NCBI GenBank assembly: GCA_054600435.1
Contig: BAAIJX010000044.1
Location: 1 to 64,000 of the forward strand
Source: Neophaeotheca triangularis
Taxonomy: Eukaryota
Reading direction: 5' to 3'
DNA: 64,000 nt
This document shows positions 57,812-64,000 of this stretch, one piece after another. The position numbers were made by a program, and so were the translations under genes. Positions within the stretch are counted from its first letter, which is position 1; each line of letters starts with the position of its first letter. The notes under the pieces are model-generated. The model worked only from the letters and a program-made list of their open reading frames with translations, was not told where the DNA came from and ran no database searches.

Positions 57812-60800
57812 AGCTCCGATTTAGCAATCTGCTATACTCTTCTTTCGCCACTAGTCAAGCCCACCGCTGGCATCGGCTAGGCTAAGCGGTATTTCCCCTT
57901 CTCTGCACCTCGCAGCGGACTAGGATCAGGATCTTAGAGACACTTCGAGTTAGCAGACCCATCGCGATCACCTGAGAGCTCAGAAGAGTAAAGGCTCCGG
58001 TCCCGACTTCAGCGATTTCGAGCTCTACGCCAGCGCCCACGCCCCTGGCTGGAGGAAGCCACGTCTCCGTCTTCCGAATAGCGGGTGTACTGCACTGCAC
58101 CAGAATGCACTCTATCCCACAGCATACGCCCGCTAGCTCGCTCGCTCGCTCAACAGTAGGGCCCCGCCCATCGTACGAACGGAGTATTCTCGACTAGACA
58201 CGGTACATTTCAGTCCCGGATGCCAGATTTGCGAGCGCCGAGCGCAGTGATCAAGAGTCCTCATTCGTCGTTCGGTATTCATCGTTCGTTGCAGCCGAGA
58301 CATTTAAATCCCCTCGGCTAGGTTTGGAGGTTCCGAAACACGGCCAAAGATGCTGTCAAAGCCATTCAAAGACTGCTATCGCTGGCAAAGTTGAGTTTCT
58401 GATCTCGAGGCTTGCTTCCGGAGTGGGGTACCTTGCCGCGATGTGGGATTTGAGATCCTTCTCCCGTCGGCTCTAATGGGAGACTCGAGTTGTCCATTCA
58501 GGTCGGAACTAACACCGTTGTGCGAGCGATGTCTTCGAGTGTCGTCTTCTTGTTCGTCGAAGGGCATCTCGTGACCTTGAGCAATCAGCAACCGACTCGC
58601 AGCTCTGGCAAGAGCTCTACTACAACACCTTCGCGCGACCGAGAGCAGGCGCAAGAAGACTGACCCGCGGTCTCTTTTGAAAAAAACGTCGGGCCGTTCG
58701 TAAACTGCGCGCTTCCATCCGAACTTAGAAGATGCCGTACTACGCCCTCGCTGCGAGAAGATTGCAGCTCTCAAGGACTACAACGCTCACGCGAAACCCC
58801 GTTGCCTTCCACACAACCCCAGCTTATCGGGTGTCACATGTACAGTCTCCTATAACATTTAGACGCAAGACTTACGATATACCGAGTCCTATTGAACTCA
58901 TCTCTTAACTCATCTCTTCCGTCTCTCATGCTCGATGGGTTGCTCACGGGCCCGGTGAAGAGTCTAGCGGACAGCTACTAGACGAGAGACTTAAAAGAGC
59001 AACTGCCTAAGCTAACGATACGAGGTGTCCTAGGTCTGCTGGCTAGGCTCTAGGAGCTAAGCCGCAATAGAGCGAGAGCGGACTATTTAGCCCTCTCGGC
59101 AACATTGAAAAACGGCAGACGTGAAGGAAAGAGGGGAAATGTGTAGGTCTGACAAATCCTTCAGAGCCGGAGGTCAGCAACTTTCGGGTGCCCATTCGCG
59201 GTAATAGAAAGATATAAAAGTAGTTCCTCGCCTTTGAAACACGCTTATCACTATGTGAACACTTCAACGCTTATGAGATGACGGTCTTGAGCAGCTCTAG
59301 CGATATCTGAAGATGAAAGCTTTTAGATACACAAGGCCTAAGTGTTAGGTTTTACCTAACGCTAAACCCGCCGAGAGACTGCAATGGGTCTTCTATGTCT
59401 TGCAAACCTCGCCCTCCTAGTTCTATCGGTTCCATCTCAACGGGCTGATACTTACTCGACGGAGGAGCTAGAATATGAAGAACTGCCCACCTCCCGCTAG
59501 TTTGTTCCCGTGTAACGCTCTCGAGGGTCGGTCGACTCCACCTGTGTGTAGTTGGCGAAACGTTAGCCTACAGATGTCTTGATTGGTTTCGAAGATTATT
59601 AGTATACATGTTATTTATTGTTGTGTAAGCTCGATAGCGATTTTACCACATGTTTGTTGGAACTTTTTGGGTTTAATGAAGTTACATCGCGTTTGGGGCA
59701 TCGACAATATCATTATGATCTGTCTAGAGGTCTGGAACGATCGTTACGACGCGATCCGAGTAAGCGTCGAGCTCGTCAAAAGTGACGCTCTAGAAACGGC
59801 GGCCAAGATCAGCTCAGATTTCATAAGCGTGACCCCTAGTAGTTACTTATGGATGAGGAGTTTTCCTAGTCACTCCTTGCGATTAGCACGTGCTATTTGA
59901 CAGAGCCAGGTACTTACATAAGCCGCCTCTCCGGACTCTACACTTTCGTCCGCTCCACAGAGAACTTCCTGACCACCACCCCCATTTCCCGCGTCGACAG
60001 GGACGCTAGGTTGGAGCGATCTGCCGTAAAAAGCCGGCTTTCTGTCCTGTGAACGGAGAGAATGTTGTCTCGAGAGGTCAAGTTTCCGGGTTGCTTGAAC
60101 ATAATGTCTGGCTTGTTGCCCAGAGAATGCATTCAGGTCTCCGATCTCAGAAGTGGCAATGCTTCCAGCGGCTATGAGGGATGTCGAGACGCCTGCACTC
60201 TCGATTGGAAAACCTGTCCAGGTTGAGTATGAAGGGTCTAGACTCAAAGTCTCCCAAGTCAAAAATGTAGTGGTGTGGTAAAGGAGTCGGTACTCTATTA
60301 ATATATTAGCAGGGAAAAGGTAGATGTATAAAGACTTTCTCAACTACTACTAAGCTCTTTCACGAGCCCATACAACCTCATGAGCAAGCAGCAAGTGTAT
60401 CTCGACCTTCGGAGCCGATGCACGCCGCGAGGCGTTGGAGAAAAAAAACCCAACCTTGCCATAGTCTCACAACTATATGAGAAGACCATTGCAGGGAAAT
60501 TGGGCAGGTTGCTAGGGATCGTGTTGGTGGGCAAGTGCTCGCAGCATCTGAGAGAAGCAAGGGGAGCCAGGGACCCGTGTCCACCCCTTCAAAACCCCAA
60601 GACAGCCGCGCTCCCAGCAACGCCACGTAAGATTCCAGTCATAAAGGCACGCCCCTTCGCAAACAGTCTTGAACGATCTCGGCCCCTACTTGAATACGTA
60701 CCATCCACGCTCTTCGTTCACATATCTCCTGACCTGGATCTCTCACAGCTCCTTGACGTTCTCGGTGAAGACGAGCACGCTGCACCTACCCGAGACGTGA

Positions 60801-61554
60801 AGCTAGTATTGTTCTCTTGTAAGACATCCGCGTCCCGGCGGCCGGAGCGCCGTCTTTTCCAAACGCAATGGTCGACGATCCTGCTCCAAAGCCTTAGCGG
60901 AGATGAGAACTCCTATATGACTACTACGACCGGCGCTTCGGGTCTAACGTTCTCCACCCACATGGGCAGGTGGGTGATAAACCGGTCTGAAGTAAATATT
61001 TTGGGACTCTGTTCCAGTTGGCGGTTGATACACCGCATAAGCCAGATCTGGCATATGCTTGGCTCCTAACCCTATAGTATCGTCGCTGAGGTCGGGCAGT
61101 TCCTCGTGGGAATTACGAAGCCGACTTAACAGTCTGGCAGAGTGCGTAGCGTTCCCCCCGCAACCGCAGCGACCCCCCCGCCTCACGCCCAAATACCATG
61201 AATTCAAGACAGCAGATTCCGCCTCCTCTCCCCATCTAAGCTTCCCCTCCCTATCTAAGCCTCCTCTCCCATCCAAGTCTCCCCTTCCCATCTAAGCCTC
61301 CTAGTCCAGTCTAAGCCTCCTCTCCCAATCTTAGCCTCTTCCAATCTCAGCCTCCTCTCCTAACCTTTAGCCTCCTCTCCCAATCACAGTCACCAGACCC
61401 CACTCCCCCCCCCTTCCCAACAAGCCCGAATGACCAGACCTGCCTTCGCTACGCTCAAAAGCGAAAAAGCTCCAGCTCAAAAGCGAAAACACCTCAGCTC
61501 AAAAGCGAAAAAAATTCAGCTCCAAGCTCCAAACTCGAAAGCAGGCACCGAACC

Positions 61555-61624
61555 CATCAGCGGACGCCACATCAGCGGACGCCACATCAACGAACGCCAG
61601 ATCAGCGAACGCCACATTAGCGAA
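61555..61624 (+). repeat. 15-bp minisatellite, ~5 units
   Basis: CATCAGCGGACGCCA and variants; preceded by CTCAAAAGCGAAAA x3. Confidence 0.85.
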
Positions 61625-62076
61625 GTAAGAAGCGTGATAATGAGCGTGACAGTGGGGCGGTGAAAGGGACAGAGCCAGAGACAGACACGAGCAGTGGTGT
61701 CCCCTTCCCAACAGCACGGGAGGACTTCGGGGTGCGAGAGCGCTGCTGGCGGCAGAGTAGAGTAGAGTAGAGTAGGGTAGAGGATTGTCGTTCCTGCGTC
61801 GCGAGACGAGGCCGTGGTGTGGGGTGGCTGTTGTCTGACAGGCGAGGGGCGCTGTAAGCTGTGTGAGCGCTTGGCCGTTTCCGCGAGCTCGAGCGGACGA
61901 GCGGCTTCGTCGGAAGACGGGAACTGTCCCAGCGAAACCCGGCAGATAAAAGCGATATCCGTCGTTTGGCCTTCTTTTAGCCCTGGCCTTCTCTTGACCC
62001 CCTCGACCCTCGACTAGGGTTAAGGCAAACCCGAAGCTCCAAACCATAAACATCAACTCCAAGTACCCTCTCCACC

Positions 62077-63129
62077 TCACCTCCCCTCTCCCTCTTCCCC
62101 ACCATCCTCACCCCTACCCTCCAGTTTAGCCTTATCCCCAAACCACCTAAACTGCCCAAAAACCACGCAATCCTCCCCCATAGTCCCCAAACTCCCCACC
62201 AACCACGGCAAGTTCGTCATGACATACCCCTTTTCGACGGAATGAAACAGTATGCCGGCGCCATACGTCGCATTGCCCAACAAACTCAGGAGGAAAAACA
62301 ACAAACTCAAGCCCTCGCAAGATTTCTCACGGTGGTTTTTGAGGATTTGCGGGATGCGAGCGCCGAGGTAAGCGACAGCGGAGAAGTAGCCGAGGAGGGA
62401 AGCGCCGAGCGGGGTGGAGTCGGAGGAGGGGTCGGTGGTGTGGTGGGTGGGTCGGGGTGTGACGGTCCAAGCGCCGGTTTTGTACGCGAGAGCCCAGCCC
62501 GCGGCGCCTGCGAGGATGATGGCGAAGATGGAAAGGGTGTTCTTGAGCCAGGGGTGCATTGGGGAGGTTTTGGTTGGAGGGGTGGAGGTTTCGGCGATGG
62601 GGTCGGGGTGGGTTAGGGAGCGGGTGCTGGGACGGCGGAGGTGGGAGCCGGGGAGGCCGGTGTTGTCGCTTAGGCGGGAGGTGGAGGAGAGGGTGCGTTG
62701 TTTTTGTCTGTTGGCGGCGGGCGTGGTGGTGGTGGTGTTGGTGTTGTTGTTGTCGCCGTCCAGCAACGGCGCTCTCTCTCCTGCCTCTTCCTCCCCGCTT
62801 TTACCCACTTCTTGGTTATTCTTTTTCCTGTTCAGCGCATTATAGTAGAGACACTGCGCTATCAAAACGGTATCGGCGAAGCAGAAGTAGACGGCCAGTG
62901 CAACCACCGTCGGCACCAGACCGGCCCAGACTGCACCAATGAGGTTGGTGACATCGCCGACGAACCAGATGATTAAGAAAGTTAGCGAGATGCCTTCGGC
63001 TGAGCTTTGGGTGTAGTTTTCGATTAGTTGTGGTACGAGGAGGAAGATCCAGGCGGCGAGTGAAATGCTGCCAGTTATCCCGCTCAGGGCTTCGTTCCAG
63101 GTCAGGGGGAGGTCGTGGGGATTATACAT
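62077..63129 (-). CDS. PQ-loop vacuolar membrane transporter (Ypq/PQLC2-like)
   Basis: Two PQ repeats (LVPQLIENY..SAEGIS; RIPQILKNH..SCEGLS) with flanking TM helices. Confidence 0.93.
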   Translation of the reverse strand: MYNPHDLPLTWNEALSGITGSISLAAWIFLLVPQLIENYTQSSAEGISLTFLIIWFVGDVTNLIGAVWAGLVPTVVALAVYFCFADTVLIAQCLYYNALNRKKNNQEVGKSGEEEAGERAPLLDGDNNNTNTTTTTPAANRQKQRTLSSTSRLSDNTGLPGSHLRRPSTRSLTHPDPIAETSTPPTKTSPMHPWLKNTLSIFAIILAGAAGWALAYKTGAWTVTPRPTHHTTDPSSDSTPLGASLLGYFSAVAYLGARIPQILKNHREKSCEGLSLLFFLLSLLGNATYGAGILFHSVEKGYVMTNLPWLVGSLGTMGEDCVVFGQFRWFGDKAKLEGRGEDGGEEGEGR

Positions 63130-64000
63130 GGTGGGGGGTAGTTTGTATGTATGTGTATATGGGTTGTATGTACAATATGATAAGGTACTGTATGGTTATG
63201 TACAAGGCCGTGGTATGGAGAAAGAGAAGAATGACTACCTCGGGGAGGTAAAGGTGAAGGAATGGAAGTTTTTATTCAACGAGCCATAACGGACGGAATC
63301 CTTGGGACATTGGCATTGGCAGGTGTCCGCTTTAGGAAGGTTAGACGTGGGCGGGGGTCGGGAAATTTGCTGACTCGGCTGGAAATTGGTGTCGATTGGT
63401 TGGTCGGAATCTTCACATCAAAACATAATCCCTTTCAGATATTCGGTACCGAGATGGGTATTCAGGCAATCTAAGCATGTTTTGATTGGAATTCTGGGCG
63501 AGTCTTTGGTATCATCTCCGTTAGAATTTAACCCAAGGTCTACCCAGTTATTCATCATACTAGTACAAACATACTTAATTGGTAGGAAAACCCCGCGCAT
63601 CCGCTAGCTAGCGCATATTACTCGCGGCCAATCAGCCACTAGCGTTGTTGAAGTGAAGTCTCTCCTCCCTACCCCTTTACAAGATTCCATTTAACTGATT
63701 GAGATCTTCCCTCAGGTTTTCCTTGAACAACCACCCCAATTCGGACATGGATCATGTCTTCGGACCCGGTTCCCTTCTAGTGACGATCTCTCGCAACCAT
63801 AATCCAGGCAAACTTCCTTTCAACCTCCATAGAAATGCCTGCATAAGTAACGAGGAAAAATAGAAAGCAAAGCGCCTCGAAATAAAGTACCTTTAGCAAT
63901 ACTCACTTCGCCACGATCATATACACAATACCCAACAACCTCACTCTCACAATTGGTCACTGCATGATGCGCAACTCTTAGCACGACCAAAAATAGAGCG

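Noticed and set aside
58100..59300. Additional structured RNA block
   Set aside because: Only short local helices (e.g. 58401-08/58450-57), within chance expectation.
59300..61100. ORFs 59870-60343 and 60380-61069
   Set aside because: No recognisable motif or clean gene structure; possibly decayed sequence.

Overview
Eukaryotic DNA from a filamentous ascomycete (short GT-AG introns with CTRAC branch sites, Pezizomycotina-type U6; a Dothideomycete is plausible but is inference). The ORF track misses the most distinctive content, a set of spliceosomal snRNA genes: one U4 (10592, +), one U1 (27690, -) and four U6 copies (5467 +, 34788 -, 41299 +, 50491 -). U1 and U4 share a colinear multi-block upstream promoter. 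The U6 genes have a TATA / internal A box / downstream B box layout, and one appears to be a 5'-extended variant with two extra hairpins. An orphan protein ending in two RWD (ULM-like) motifs lies among them. Several ORF-poor intergenic blocks of 0.4-1.7 kb show nested long-range helices on the + strand and internal repeated motifs; these are candidate large structured ncRNAs found by eye and need statistical testing. Protein genes include a tandem array of five RING-H2 paralogs (two intact, three disrupted), a three-member orphan family, F-box-like proteins, a secreted GPI-type protein, a small cysteine-rich secreted protein, an SDR, an Slx9-like factor, two membrane proteins and a PQ-loop transporter.
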